The notes under the pieces are model-generated. The model had not been told where the DNA came from. It was given only the letters and a program-made list of their open reading frames with translations, and ran no database searches. From the NCBI GenBank assembly GCA_963790095.1, contig CAWBNO010000013.1, positions 30,857-94,856 of the forward strand: 64,000 bases of DNA, in the 5' to 3' direction. Positions 38,567 to 48,424 of this stretch are shown piece by piece (position 1 is the stretch's first letter; the number at the start of each line of letters is the position of its first letter). The position numbers and the translations under genes are program-made. This stretch comes from an uncultured delta proteobacterium (lineage in GTDB: Bacteria > Desulfobacterota > Desulfobacteria > Desulfobacterales > UBA11574).

Positions 38567-38591
38567 ATCGCACCCCCTGAATACGTGCGAT
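38567..38591. promoter_or_regulatory. perfect dyad ATCGCAC-N11-GTGCGAT in the thioesterase/LysR divergent intergenic region (candidate LTTR box, but it overlaps a family-C repeat motif)
   Basis: 7-bp arms with an 11-nt spacer, lying between divergent starts at 38523 and 38681. Confidence 0.3.
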
Positions 38592-38680
38592 TTTTTGTTG
38601 TTCCGGGTCATTGTTTCTGTTAGTGGTATATAAGTCAAATTAATTGTTTTAATGAAACCAATTAGCGGAGCTTATTTCAA

Positions 38681-39586
38681 ATGGAATGGCAACAAATACT
38701 CGGATTCTACCATGCCGCCAAGCTGGGCAGCTTTACAAAGGCTGCCGACGCCACATTTCGGAGCCAGTCGGCAATCAGTCAACAAATTAAAAATCTTGAA
38801 GAGGAGTTAGGATGTCTGCTCTTTGAAAGAATGGTAAAGGGCAGATTGCGCCTGACTTTCGCCGGTAAAAAGGTTTTTAAATTTTCAGAGAAAATTCTAA
38901 AAAATTACGATTTCCTTACCGAAGAACTCAACGAGATGAAAGGGCTGCATATGGGGCAGTTGAGAATGGCCGCACCGTTTACAACCCTCTATCATCTATT
39001 TCCGTTTTCGATAAAAACCTATACCGAGCGATTTCCCCATGTGGAGCTGACCATACTCGATCGCTCCCAGCAGGACATTCTTGATCTTATAAAAAATGGG
39101 GATATCGATCTTGGGTTCGTTCTGGAATCCAACGTTCCAAAAGAACTTTCAGCATTTCGCTGGAAGAAGGTGAGAACGGTTTTGATGACGCCCATTGACC
39201 ATCCATTGGCCCAAGGGGATGGCATTACCCTGGAAGGAATAGGAAAATACCCTCTGATCCTACCGCCCAAAAATCTAAAATACCGCACGACCTTGGAATC
39301 GCGGTTCCGAGAACTCCATATCGACTACCATATTATAATGGAATCTTCGAATGTGGAATTAAGTTCTCTGTATGTGGAGATGGGGCTGGGTATATCTTTT
39401 GCGACGGTGGTGATGGACTTGGGTGAATTGAGACAGAGAAAGCTGGCGTTTTTGCCGATGGATCATTTATTTAAACCCGATCATATCGCCATGGTAAAAA
39501 GAAAATCCAACACTTTGGTTTCATACAAACAAGCATTTATTGGGATTCTGTTTGGAGACGGGGCAGCGGAGATGGCTTCTAAATAG
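38681..39586 (+). CDS. LysR-family transcriptional regulator
   Basis: N-terminal HTH (LGSFTKAADATFRSQSAISQQIKNLEEELG) plus a substrate-binding domain; 301 aa. Confidence 0.93.
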   Translation: MEWQQILGFYHAAKLGSFTKAADATFRSQSAISQQIKNLEEELGCLLFERMVKGRLRLTFAGKKVFKFSEKILKNYDFLTEELNEMKGLHMGQLRMAAPFTTLYHLFPFSIKTYTERFPHVELTILDRSQQDILDLIKNGDIDLGFVLESNVPKELSAFRWKKVRTVLMTPIDHPLAQGDGITLEGIGKYPLILPPKNLKYRTTLESRFRELHIDYHIIMESSNVELSSLYVEMGLGISFATVVMDLGELRQRKLAFLPMDHLFKPDHIAMVKRKSNTLVSYKQAFIGILFGDGAAEMASK

Positions 39587-39743
39587 CGCCGTCTAAACAG
39601 TAAATTTGTCTGCTCATCGGATGCCGATTTCCTCGCGCATTTTTTCGAGATCCTGCAAGCAGACCCATAATAACCACAAAGATGATCATCAGCTTTTTCA
39701 TATAAGCCCCCTTTCAGGGGTTAAAAAGTCCATATGGTGGCAA

Positions 39744-41444
39744 TTAATTTTGGATATCTTCCACGATGTAAAGTGCCATCTCTTCTTGAACCCCTTTTAA
39801 GTGGGCCGTGAAAGATTTTTTAACTTTAACATCATTTTTTATATAATCGTAAGCCGAATTCGATATAATGACATCGCCCCCTTTGGCTTGGGATTGAATT
39901 CGATCGGTGATGTTTACAGCGGAACCCACGATGCCATACTTGGCTCGGGTGGCCGAGCCGATATTCCCCACCACCACTTCACCCACATTCACACCGATGC
40001 CGGTTTGAAGTTCCGGTAGATTTTCCGCTTTCATTTCAGTATTGAACGGCGCCATGTTCCGCTGCATCTCAAGACTGCAGCGGACGGCACGTCGAACCGT
40101 GGGTTGGATGGGGCCTTCAAGGGGATCAAAAAAAACAAGGACACCGTCACCGTAGAAATCGACAATAATCCCTTTATGTTTTTGGATCACTTCGATCATG
40201 TGGGAAAAATAATGATTAAGCAGGTGAATAGTTCCCTCGGGGGTTAAACGTTCCGATATGGGTGTAAAACCGCGAATATCGGACATCAAAACCGCCACTT
40301 CACGCTTTTCACCACCCAGCCTCCCGGCTTCGGGACGCTTGATCAGCTCTCTGGCAACTTCCGGATCCATGTATCGGCCGAACGTGTCTCTGATGATATC
40401 TCTTTCTTTTAAGCCCCGAACCATGGCATTGAAGTTGTCGGTCAATTGCCCTATTTCATCGGCGGTTTTGCGTGGAAGGGGATCACCGTAATCGCCCTTT
40501 GCCACCTCCTCGGCTGCCAGGGAAAGGGTGTGGATCGAACGCACGATTTGCCCCCCCACCAATTGAATCAGCAGCAAAATAACAACGACACACAAACCAC
40601 CGGCAACCAGGTAATAATAACGAAACTCTACGATTGGGGTTAAGATTTTCTCACCGGGGGCAAACATCGCGATAACCCAGGGGGCCTCTTTCAATCGGTA
40701 AAAGCCGCTTACCAGTTTCGGGGGGTGACCGGCCCCCAGATAGGTTCCATAGGGTTTGACGCCCATGTTTTTCAATATGATCAGTTCAACGGGATCACCG
40801 GTTTCTCCCAGCTGAATACGCCCTTTCATGGCTCCGCTGTGGGCAAGATAGCGACCGGATTTGTCGATCAGACAGGCCATGTCGCTTTGCCACCAGCCGA
40901 ATTTTTTGATATCCTGCATCAGAAAGCCAAACCCGAGAGAGACCTCCAGCCGCCCCACAAGGCGGCCGGAGGCGTCCTTAAGATCTGAAATAAGGGTCAC
41001 CGTCTTTTGTTTGGCCTGGGCATCGTATCGCGGAGCCGTCACTTCCGAGATTCTTCCCTGATGAAACCCCATCATGTCCCCGTCGCCTTTATGATATCCG
41101 GGCATCATCATGTGATCCGGTTCAAATTGACGGTCCAGCCATTTTAAATCGACCCGGGTGACCCCCTCCTGATTTTTCAACTGATTCAAGAGCCAATCCC
41201 GGTCTATGGAATGGCCGCGGCTGTCCGCACTTTTGTGAAACATGTTTATCCACTCGATGGGTCGGCCCAGCCGCATGTCGATGTGGTGGGCAGCCCGTTC
41301 CAGCTTGAGGATGGCAGACTCCCGCCATTCATTGATGAGGGTATTTCTCACGTAGATAAACCCTGTAACCCCCGTGAACAGGAGCATTGCCGCCACCGGA
41401 AGGATCAGCAAAATCGTCAGTCGTTGTTTCAGGGTTTTGATCAT
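39744..41444 (-). CDS. membrane sensor adenylate/guanylate cyclase (Cache-like periplasmic domain, HAMP, class III cyclase)
   Basis: Two TM segments flank a ~270-aa extracytoplasmic domain. HAMP (AEEVAKGDYG...). Cyclase core VAVLMSDIRGFT...FYGDGVLVFF. Confidence 0.9.
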   Translation of the reverse strand: MIKTLKQRLTILLILPVAAMLLFTGVTGFIYVRNTLINEWRESAILKLERAAHHIDMRLGRPIEWINMFHKSADSRGHSIDRDWLLNQLKNQEGVTRVDLKWLDRQFEPDHMMMPGYHKGDGDMMGFHQGRISEVTAPRYDAQAKQKTVTLISDLKDASGRLVGRLEVSLGFGFLMQDIKKFGWWQSDMACLIDKSGRYLAHSGAMKGRIQLGETGDPVELIILKNMGVKPYGTYLGAGHPPKLVSGFYRLKEAPWVIAMFAPGEKILTPIVEFRYYYLVAGGLCVVVILLLIQLVGGQIVRSIHTLSLAAEEVAKGDYGDPLPRKTADEIGQLTDNFNAMVRGLKERDIIRDTFGRYMDPEVARELIKRPEAGRLGGEKREVAVLMSDIRGFTPISERLTPEGTIHLLNHYFSHMIEVIQKHKGIIVDFYGDGVLVFFDPLEGPIQPTVRRAVRCSLEMQRNMAPFNTEMKAENLPELQTGIGVNVGEVVVGNIGSATRAKYGIVGSAVNITDRIQSQAKGGDVIISNSAYDYIKNDVKVKKSFTAHLKGVQEEMALYIVEDIQN

Positions 41445-41540
41445 CGAATTTTCCTTTACCCGTAAATGGTTGGCGCTTAATTTTTTTTGTCGATTTTGGG
41501 TGTTCCTAAATACACATGTAATTTTTCGACAACCTTGGGG

Positions 41541-41570
41541 AAAAAGGGCTTCAGGGTTTTTCTGAAGCCC
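41541..41570 (-). terminator. rho-independent terminator ending the efflux operon
   Basis: GGGCTTCAG/CTGAAGCCC 9-bp stem. On the minus strand it is followed by TTTTT. Confidence 0.6.
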
Positions 41571-41614
41571 GATTATTTTTTAAGCCCTGACGTATTGAAA
41601 GCTCTCGGATAAAG

Positions 41615-42130
41615 TTATTTATCTTTCAACAGTTCGTTGTGCGGGTACCAGAACTTGAAAATGTGTTTTTTCCCGTCGACTTTCACCAGACAGATCACAC
41701 CGTATTTTCCATTTTGGTTGAAGGTAACGTTGGCGGCGAAAATGCCGTTGTAATTTTCCAGAGTGCCGGTCTGCTCCTGTTTGTCAGGACCGATCACCTT
41801 GACCTTGCCCACTGCGTCTAGGATGGGATGATTCATGTTGTCGTGAAACAATTTCACCATAATATGATGGGTGGCACCGCCGGCGTCCTTCATATTCATG
41901 CTGGCCAGGCTCATGACCTGAAATTCGGCCCGAACGTTTTTGTCGACCATCTGGTGCTCGAAAGTACCTGCAGCGGATTTCTGCATACCTTCGTGTCCTT
42001 CGTGGGACATTTGCTCTGCAGAATTCTGGGCCTTGCCGTGTCCTTCATGGGACATGTCCGCCGCAGGCAGGTTGCCGGCCATCAACGTCGTCCCGATGAG
42101 TAGGGTTGTCAAAACTATGATTTTTTTCAT
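41615..42130 (-). CDS. periplasmic His-rich putative metal-binding protein
   Basis: Signal peptide. Duplicated MSHEGH(G/E) motif. The C-terminal beta-rich domain resembles YtkA/FixH-like Ig folds by eye. It is the last gene of the HME-RND cluster. Confidence 0.6.
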   Translation of the reverse strand: MKKIIVLTTLLIGTTLMAGNLPAADMSHEGHGKAQNSAEQMSHEGHEGMQKSAAGTFEHQMVDKNVRAEFQVMSLASMNMKDAGGATHHIMVKLFHDNMNHPILDAVGKVKVIGPDKQEQTGTLENYNGIFAANVTFNQNGKYGVICLVKVDGKKHIFKFWYPHNELLKDK

Positions 42131-42354
42131 GATAAAATCTCCTTTAGATGTCGTTGATTCTGTAAAAAGTCGAAAACGCTTTTTACGAAGAATTTGTTAA
42201 ATGTTAATAATTATGGTTCTTCTCCAAATCTTTTTTCTTTTGAATTTTTTTTGTTTTTCTATAAAGATCCAGACAGCATCTATACGACCTTTAGCAAACT
42301 TTCAGATCTCTCTAATTCTTTAGAATTTTTATCCGCCTGTTTTGTGGCGGGTCA

Positions 42355-42388
42355 CTCGAATCCTTGAACCCTTGCCCCCTTGAATCCT
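42355..42388. repeat. tandem octamer array (TCGAATCC TTGAACCC TTGCCCCC TTGAATCC)
   Basis: Same TTGAAYCC unit as at 13121-13159. Confidence 0.75.
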
Positions 42389-42406
42389 TTTCACTAAGGG
42401 CTGTTG

Positions 42407-45400
42407 CTACTCCTTCGGCAACCCCCTTTCTTTCCACAAACCGTAAATCGCCGGCACCACCAAAAGGGTCAGAATGGTGGCACTGACCATGCCGCCGACC
42501 ATGGGGGCAGCAATGCGCTTCATGACTTCGGAGCCGGTGCCGTGACTCCACATAATGGGCATCAGTCCGGCCATAATGGCCACCACGGTCATCATTTTCG
42601 GCCGCACCCGCAGGGCCGCGCCTTCTTCGATGGCCTCCCATAGGTGTTTCCGGGTGAAGGCTTCCTGGTATCGGTCTTTAAATTTACGATAAGAAATGTC
42701 CAGGTAGATCAGCATCACCACCCCGGTTTCCGCCGCAACACCGGCCAGGGCGATGAATCCCACCCCCACGGCAACACTCATGTTGTACCCGAGCAGATAC
42801 ATCAACCACAATCCTCCGGTAAGGGAAAAGGGTACGCTCAGCATGATGATCAAGCTCTCGGCGATATTTTTAAAATTGAGATACAGGAGCAGAAAAATAA
42901 TGACCAGGGTCATGGGCACCACGATCATCATGCGTTTCTGGGCCCGCATCATATATTCATACTGACCGCTCCAGATCATGCTGTAGCCGGCCGGCAGTTT
43001 GATTTTTTCGTTGACGACCTGCTGCGCCTTTTTGACATATGTTCCAATGTCGATGTTCTTGATGTCCACGTAAATCCAGGCGGTGCTGCGGGCGTTTTCG
43101 CTTTTGACCACCGGCGGCCCCTTGACGATTTGTATCTCGGCCAGCTGGGTAATGGGTATTTGAGCACCTGAGGGCGTCGGCACCAGGATGCGTCTTAATT
43201 TTTCCGGTGTATCTCTGAGTTCCGATCCATAGCGAAGATTTACCGGATAGCGTTCCAATCCTTCCACGGTCTGGGTGATGTTCATGCCGCCGATGGCGGT
43301 CATGATGATATCCTGGACATCGCCGACGGTGAGGCCAAACCGCGCAGCTTCCATTCGTTTGATCCTGAAGTCTAAAAAATTTCCGCCGGTAACCCTTTCA
43401 GCGTATACGCTGAGGGTTCCGGGAACTTTCCGCATCACCGCTTCGATTTCTTCTCCCAGATCACTCAGCACCTGCAGGTCCTCACCCATGAGTTTGATTC
43501 CCACCGGTGTCTTTATTCCGGTGGAAAGCATGTCGATGCGGGTTTTGATGGGCATGGTCCATGCATTGGTCAAACCGGGAAACTGGATGGCCTGATCGAG
43601 TTCTCTGACCAGTTTCTCCATGGTCATTCCCTTGCGCCACTCGGACTCGGGTTTAAGTGTAATGGTTGTTTCTATCATGGAAAGGGGCGCAGGATCGGTG
43701 GCCGTCTCTGCCCGGCCGATTTTGCCGAATACGTGTTGGACTTCAGGAAAAGTGGCAATAATTCGGTCGGTCTGCTGGAGAAGCTCTTTGGCCTTTGTCA
43801 CCGAGATGCCCGGCAGGGTGGTGGGCATATAAAGCAAATCCCCCTCGTTCAGCGGCGGCATAAATTCGGATCCGATGTTTTTCCAGGGGATATAACTTAA
43901 ACCCAGAGCCACCACGGCTAAAAGGATAACCAGAATTTTGGCTTTGAGCACCAGTTTGATAATCGGGTGATAAATCCAAACCATAAAACGATTGACCGGG
44001 TTTTTCTTTTCCGGTCGGATCTTGCCGCGGACCAAATAGCCCATTAGAATCGGGACGATGCTGACGGACAGCAGGGCAGCCCCCATCATGGCGTATGTCT
44101 TGGTAAAAGCCAGGGGCTTAAAAAGCCGGCCTTCCTGAGCTTCCAGGGTGAATACCGGCAAAAAACTGATGGCAATGATCAACAAAGAGAAAAAAAGGGC
44201 CGGTCCAACCTCTTTGGATGCATCCAAGATCAGATCCCAGTGAGGCTTTACCCCCCCATCGTGCTCAATGTGCTTGTGTGCATTTTCAATCATTACGATG
44301 GCCCCGTCCACCATGGCGCCGATAGCGATGGCAATACCGCTCAAACTCATAATGTTGGCATTGATCCCCTGCCTTTCCATAATAATAAAACTGATTAAAA
44401 TTCCGACCGGCAGGGTGAAAATCGCTACAAAGGCGCTGCGCAGATGAAACAAAAAGACGATACAGACCAGCGCCACGATAACACTTTCCTCAATAAGCGT
44501 CCGTTTCAGGTTGTCCACGGCCCGCAGGATCAGACTTGAACGGTCGTAAACGCTTTGTATTCGAACGCCTTCGGGCAACCCTGCTTTGAGCTGATCCAGT
44601 CGTTTTTTGACATTTTCGATAACTTTGAGGGCATTTTCACCATACCGCATCACCACAATACCCCCGACGGTTTCGCCGGTACCGTTATTATCGGCAATTC
44701 CTCGCCGGAGCTCCGGACCGGTTTTAATGATGGCAATGTTTCTGAGAAGGATCGGGGTGCCCCCTTTGTTGATGCCAAGGGAAATGTTTTTGAGGTCTTC
44801 CACGCTTTTGATATAGCCAAGCCCCCGAACCATGAACTCGGTCTCGCCCATCTCCACCAGTTTGCCGCCCACATCATTGTTGCTTCGCTGGACGGCCATT
44901 TTGACCTTTTGAAGGGGGATGTTGTATGCCAGCAGTTTGTTGGGATCGACGATCACCTGATACTGTTTTACATACCCGCCGATGGAGGCTACTTCGGATA
45001 CTCCGGGGACACTGGCAATCTCATAGCGCAGAAACCAGTCCTGAATCGAACGCAACTGGGCCAGATCATGCCGATCACTCTCCAGGGTATATTCATAGAC
45101 CCATCCCACACCGGTGGCATCCGGTCCCAAGGACGGCGTTACGCCTTTGGGAAGGCGCCCGGAAACAAAGTTTAAATACTCCAGAACCCTGCTTCGTGCC
45201 CAATACAGATCGGTCCCGTCTTCGAAAATGATGTAAACAAAAGAAAGGCCGAAAAATGAATAGCCGCGGACCACTTTGGCAAAGGGCACCGAAAGCATGG
45301 CCGTTGTCAGCGGATAGGTGACCTGATCTTCCACCACCTGGGGTGCCTGGCCGGAGTATTCGGTAAAAATGATCACCTGTACATCCGAAAGATCCGGTAT

Positions 45401-45514
45401 GGCATCCAACGGCGTCTTCAACATGGCATAGATGCCGGCCGCAATCACAAACACGGTCATCAGGATCACCAGAAATTTGTTTTTAATGGATAACTCTATG
45501 ATTTTTTCTATCAT
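42407..45514 (-). CDS. CusA/CzcA-family heavy-metal efflux RND pump
   Basis: 1035 aa, 12-TM RND architecture. N-terminus MIEKIIELSIKNKFLVI... is typical of HME-RND. Confidence 0.95.
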   Translation of the reverse strand: MIEKIIELSIKNKFLVILMTVFVIAAGIYAMLKTPLDAIPDLSDVQVIIFTEYSGQAPQVVEDQVTYPLTTAMLSVPFAKVVRGYSFFGLSFVYIIFEDGTDLYWARSRVLEYLNFVSGRLPKGVTPSLGPDATGVGWVYEYTLESDRHDLAQLRSIQDWFLRYEIASVPGVSEVASIGGYVKQYQVIVDPNKLLAYNIPLQKVKMAVQRSNNDVGGKLVEMGETEFMVRGLGYIKSVEDLKNISLGINKGGTPILLRNIAIIKTGPELRRGIADNNGTGETVGGIVVMRYGENALKVIENVKKRLDQLKAGLPEGVRIQSVYDRSSLILRAVDNLKRTLIEESVIVALVCIVFLFHLRSAFVAIFTLPVGILISFIIMERQGINANIMSLSGIAIAIGAMVDGAIVMIENAHKHIEHDGGVKPHWDLILDASKEVGPALFFSLLIIAISFLPVFTLEAQEGRLFKPLAFTKTYAMMGAALLSVSIVPILMGYLVRGKIRPEKKNPVNRFMVWIYHPIIKLVLKAKILVILLAVVALGLSYIPWKNIGSEFMPPLNEGDLLYMPTTLPGISVTKAKELLQQTDRIIATFPEVQHVFGKIGRAETATDPAPLSMIETTITLKPESEWRKGMTMEKLVRELDQAIQFPGLTNAWTMPIKTRIDMLSTGIKTPVGIKLMGEDLQVLSDLGEEIEAVMRKVPGTLSVYAERVTGGNFLDFRIKRMEAARFGLTVGDVQDIIMTAIGGMNITQTVEGLERYPVNLRYGSELRDTPEKLRRILVPTPSGAQIPITQLAEIQIVKGPPVVKSENARSTAWIYVDIKNIDIGTYVKKAQQVVNEKIKLPAGYSMIWSGQYEYMMRAQKRMMIVVPMTLVIIFLLLYLNFKNIAESLIIMLSVPFSLTGGLWLMYLLGYNMSVAVGVGFIALAGVAAETGVVMLIYLDISYRKFKDRYQEAFTRKHLWEAIEEGAALRVRPKMMTVVAIMAGLMPIMWSHGTGSEVMKRIAAPMVGGMVSATILTLLVVPAIYGLWKERGLPKE

Positions 45515-45580
45515 TTCATCGTGCGCTTTCTGTTCTTCAAATTCCCGAGGAACATTTTATGAATACCGTTAACCAGATGT

Positions 45581-47023
45581 CTACTTATGTGGATCCGCCT
45601 TTGAATTTTCAGTCGTCGGGTCCATTTTCATATCCGACATGTCGAGATCGTCGGATTCTGTTGTCATAGATTCGGCTGAATTTGAAATTGGACGTTGCTG
45701 TTGGACTTCCAGCATCTTTTGAATGGCCTCTCGCAGACGGCTTTCAGAATCGAGCATGAACTGAGCTGAGATCACAATCGCTTCGTTTTCCTTGAGACCT
45801 TCTAATACCTGGAACTCATTGTCGTTGCCTTCCACGCCGAGTTTGACTTCCCGGGGCTGAAATTTGCCCTTGCCGAGGGCCACAAAAACGATCTTTCGAA
45901 CGCCGCTGTCGATGACCGCTTCCTGGGGAATCACCAGACTGTCTCCGGCAATGGCGGACTCGAGGGTCACATTGACGTACATATCCGGCTTCAGCTGATA
46001 ATCCGGGTTGGGGAATTCCAATCTGAGGGTGGCCGTGCGGGTCTTGGCCGAAAGAAACGGATAGACGAACAGCACGTTGCCGTAAAAAATTTTACCGGGA
46101 ATGTAAGACAGTTCCATTTTTGCAGGCATCCCCTTTCGAACCCAGGGGAGCTCGTATTCATAGATGTCCACATCCACCCACACCCTTGAAAGATCGGTGA
46201 TTTCATACTGGTTCTGGCCCGCTGTTACATAATGACCCTGAAAGGCATTCTTCTTCATGACCACGCCCCGTGCCGGAGAATATATGGTCAGAGTCTTTTG
46301 GACGTTACCGGTATTTTCGATGGTCTTTATCTGCTTTTCGCTCAAATCCCAGTATCTCAGTCGGGTACGGGAGGCTTTCAAAAGGCGTTGGGCCCCTTCA
46401 CGGATGCTGGGATAGGAACTGTCTTTTAGATCTCTATTATGCTGAAGTGCCAGAAGATATTCCTCCTGGGCGGTTAACAGTTCAGGACTGTAAATATCAA
46501 ACAGCGGTTGACCTTTTTTTACCGTTTCGCCGACAAAATCAACATACAACTTTTCAATCCATCCGCTGAACTTGGTATTGACCGTATAGATTCGCCTTTC
46601 ATCGTAGGTGATGTTGCCGAATGTCCGGATATGTTTGACCAGGGGTTTCCGTTCTACCCGCCCCAGACGAACGCCCATATTTTGAATGGTCACCGGATCG
46701 ATACGGATGGTCGAAGCCGCCGCCTTATCTCCGCCGTCTTCTTCGTACACCGGTACCAGATCCATACCCATGGGAGATTTTCCCGGTTCGTTTCGGATAT
46801 ACGTCGGATCCATGGGGGCAGCCCAGTATTTGATCTTTTTGCCGGTTTTGGGATCGATCATTCCTGCTTTGAGTGCCTTTTCCGCGGCAAAGACCTTTTT
46901 CACCGTAACGTAGGGTACGTCAGCCGGATTCATATCCATCCCCGACCCGGTGACCCACACGGCGAGCACGACCATCCACCCAAAGGTTTTTCGAAGAATT
47001 GATCTGTTTATGAATCGTTTCAT
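45581..47023 (-). CDS. efflux RND periplasmic adaptor (CusB-like) with N-terminal metal-binding segment
   Basis: 480 aa. YWAAPMDPTY...KSPMGMDLVP motif, HlyD-like barrel-sandwich, and an acidic/Met-rich tail. Confidence 0.9.
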   Translation of the reverse strand: MKRFINRSILRKTFGWMVVLAVWVTGSGMDMNPADVPYVTVKKVFAAEKALKAGMIDPKTGKKIKYWAAPMDPTYIRNEPGKSPMGMDLVPVYEEDGGDKAAASTIRIDPVTIQNMGVRLGRVERKPLVKHIRTFGNITYDERRIYTVNTKFSGWIEKLYVDFVGETVKKGQPLFDIYSPELLTAQEEYLLALQHNRDLKDSSYPSIREGAQRLLKASRTRLRYWDLSEKQIKTIENTGNVQKTLTIYSPARGVVMKKNAFQGHYVTAGQNQYEITDLSRVWVDVDIYEYELPWVRKGMPAKMELSYIPGKIFYGNVLFVYPFLSAKTRTATLRLEFPNPDYQLKPDMYVNVTLESAIAGDSLVIPQEAVIDSGVRKIVFVALGKGKFQPREVKLGVEGNDNEFQVLEGLKENEAIVISAQFMLDSESRLREAIQKMLEVQQQRPISNSAESMTTESDDLDMSDMKMDPTTENSKADPHK

Positions 47024-48367
47024 GATATTTTTTCCTTTTGCAAATAAGATAGGGTGTCACCGGAATTTTGAGGATAAAGGGGTGCGCCCAAAACCTCTTC
47101 CAGCTCCGCACGCTTTTTATACAGGCTGAACAAGTAATTTTCGGATTGAAGTTGGAAACGAAGCAACCGAATTTGGGCATTGATGGTCGTATTGAAGTTT
47201 ACCTTGTTCACCGAATAGGCGGTCAAGGAAGAGCGCGCCCATTGTTCTGCCTGGACGATCAGGGCATCTGTTATGAGGCGGTAGTTTTTCTGCAAATTTT
47301 GGATATCGGTCGCCAGGGTGTCAATTTTGTAAGGGAGATTGTTGGCCAAATTTTTATAAGATTGTAATGCGGCCTGATGACGCAGTTTGGTGGCTTCGAG
47401 TTTTTTGTCCTGTCTGGTTTTCTGCCAGAGGGGAATGTTGAGCACCACAGAGGTTGAAAAAAAGTCTGCACGGTCCTGGCCGCTCTCACTCTCGTCCCGC
47501 TGACCGTATGCCACTGTGAAATCCATATCCGGCCAATAATCCTTTCGAGCCAACTCGATTTCCACATGGCTCAGTTCGATGTCGGCCTGCTTGACTTTTA
47601 GCCACGGGTTCAGGGTCAAGACACGCGTTTTCAATTTTTCTGTTTCCATTATCAGATCGGGATATGGCATGCTTTCAGGGGGTGTTACCGGGGTGAAACT
47701 TTCCCGATTGAGCAGGCCGTTGACTTGATCTTCCAGGGTGCGGCGTTTGTTTCCTAAAGTGATCTGTTCGTCAAGAAGTTTGCTCACTTCTACCTGGGCT
47801 TGTAAAACATCTTGCTGGAGACCCTGGCCGGCTGCATATCTCGTCTCCGATACCCGGAGCAACTGGGTTAACATTTTAATCAATCGCTCGTTAATTTTCT
47901 GGGCGCTGCCGACAAAACCGAGTTCATAATACGCCAACGCAATTTGCCGGGCGAGTTCCAGCCGTTTTGCCTTTAGGACGGCTTCCTGACGGATCGCTTC
48001 CATGGCTGCCCGCTGGGATTGGAGGTCTAATTTGCCGAACCACGGTATTTTCTGGGCGATGAAAAGCTGCTTTTGGGTCATCGGCTCCTGGTCGAACCTG
48101 AAGGTGTCGGTGGGAAGATTCAGCAAGCCGATCCCGATGCGAGGATCGTTCAATGAACCGGCAAAGGAGATCTCTTCTTTGAGACTTTCCACCTTGGACT
48201 CCATGCTCTTGATGTCTTGGTTATTGGCCAACCCTTCTTCGAATCAGCCGGCCCAGTGGTTGGGGCGCCCAGATGGAAGGGTCGTCTGCCGAAACGTTGA
48301 GGGCTGTAAATAGAATCACGGTCGCTGCCCACGTCGAATATAATAATTTTCGTAACAACGGTTTCAT
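47020..48367 (-). pseudogene. TolC/CusC-family outer-membrane factor, N-terminal signal peptide in a different frame (frameshift within 48224-48243)
   Basis: ATG 48367 opens MKPLLRKLLYSTWAATVILFTALNVSA...PLGRLI in one frame. (E)EGLANNQDIKSMESKVESLKEE... and the remaining 400 aa are in the next. The stop overlaps the cusB-like start (ATGA). Confidence 0.8.
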
Positions 48368-48408
48368 TTCAAACCTCCCTGAATGGTTGGGATTTGTACG
48401 TGAATTAG

Positions 48409-48424
48409 AGCAAAACACGTGCCA
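48409..48424 (-). promoter_or_regulatory. sigma54 (-24/-12) promoter of the efflux operon
   Basis: The minus strand reads TGGCACGTGTTTTGCT, an exact match to TGGCAC-N5-TTGC. It lies 42 nt upstream of ATG 48367, with GGGAGG SD in between. Confidence 0.8.
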
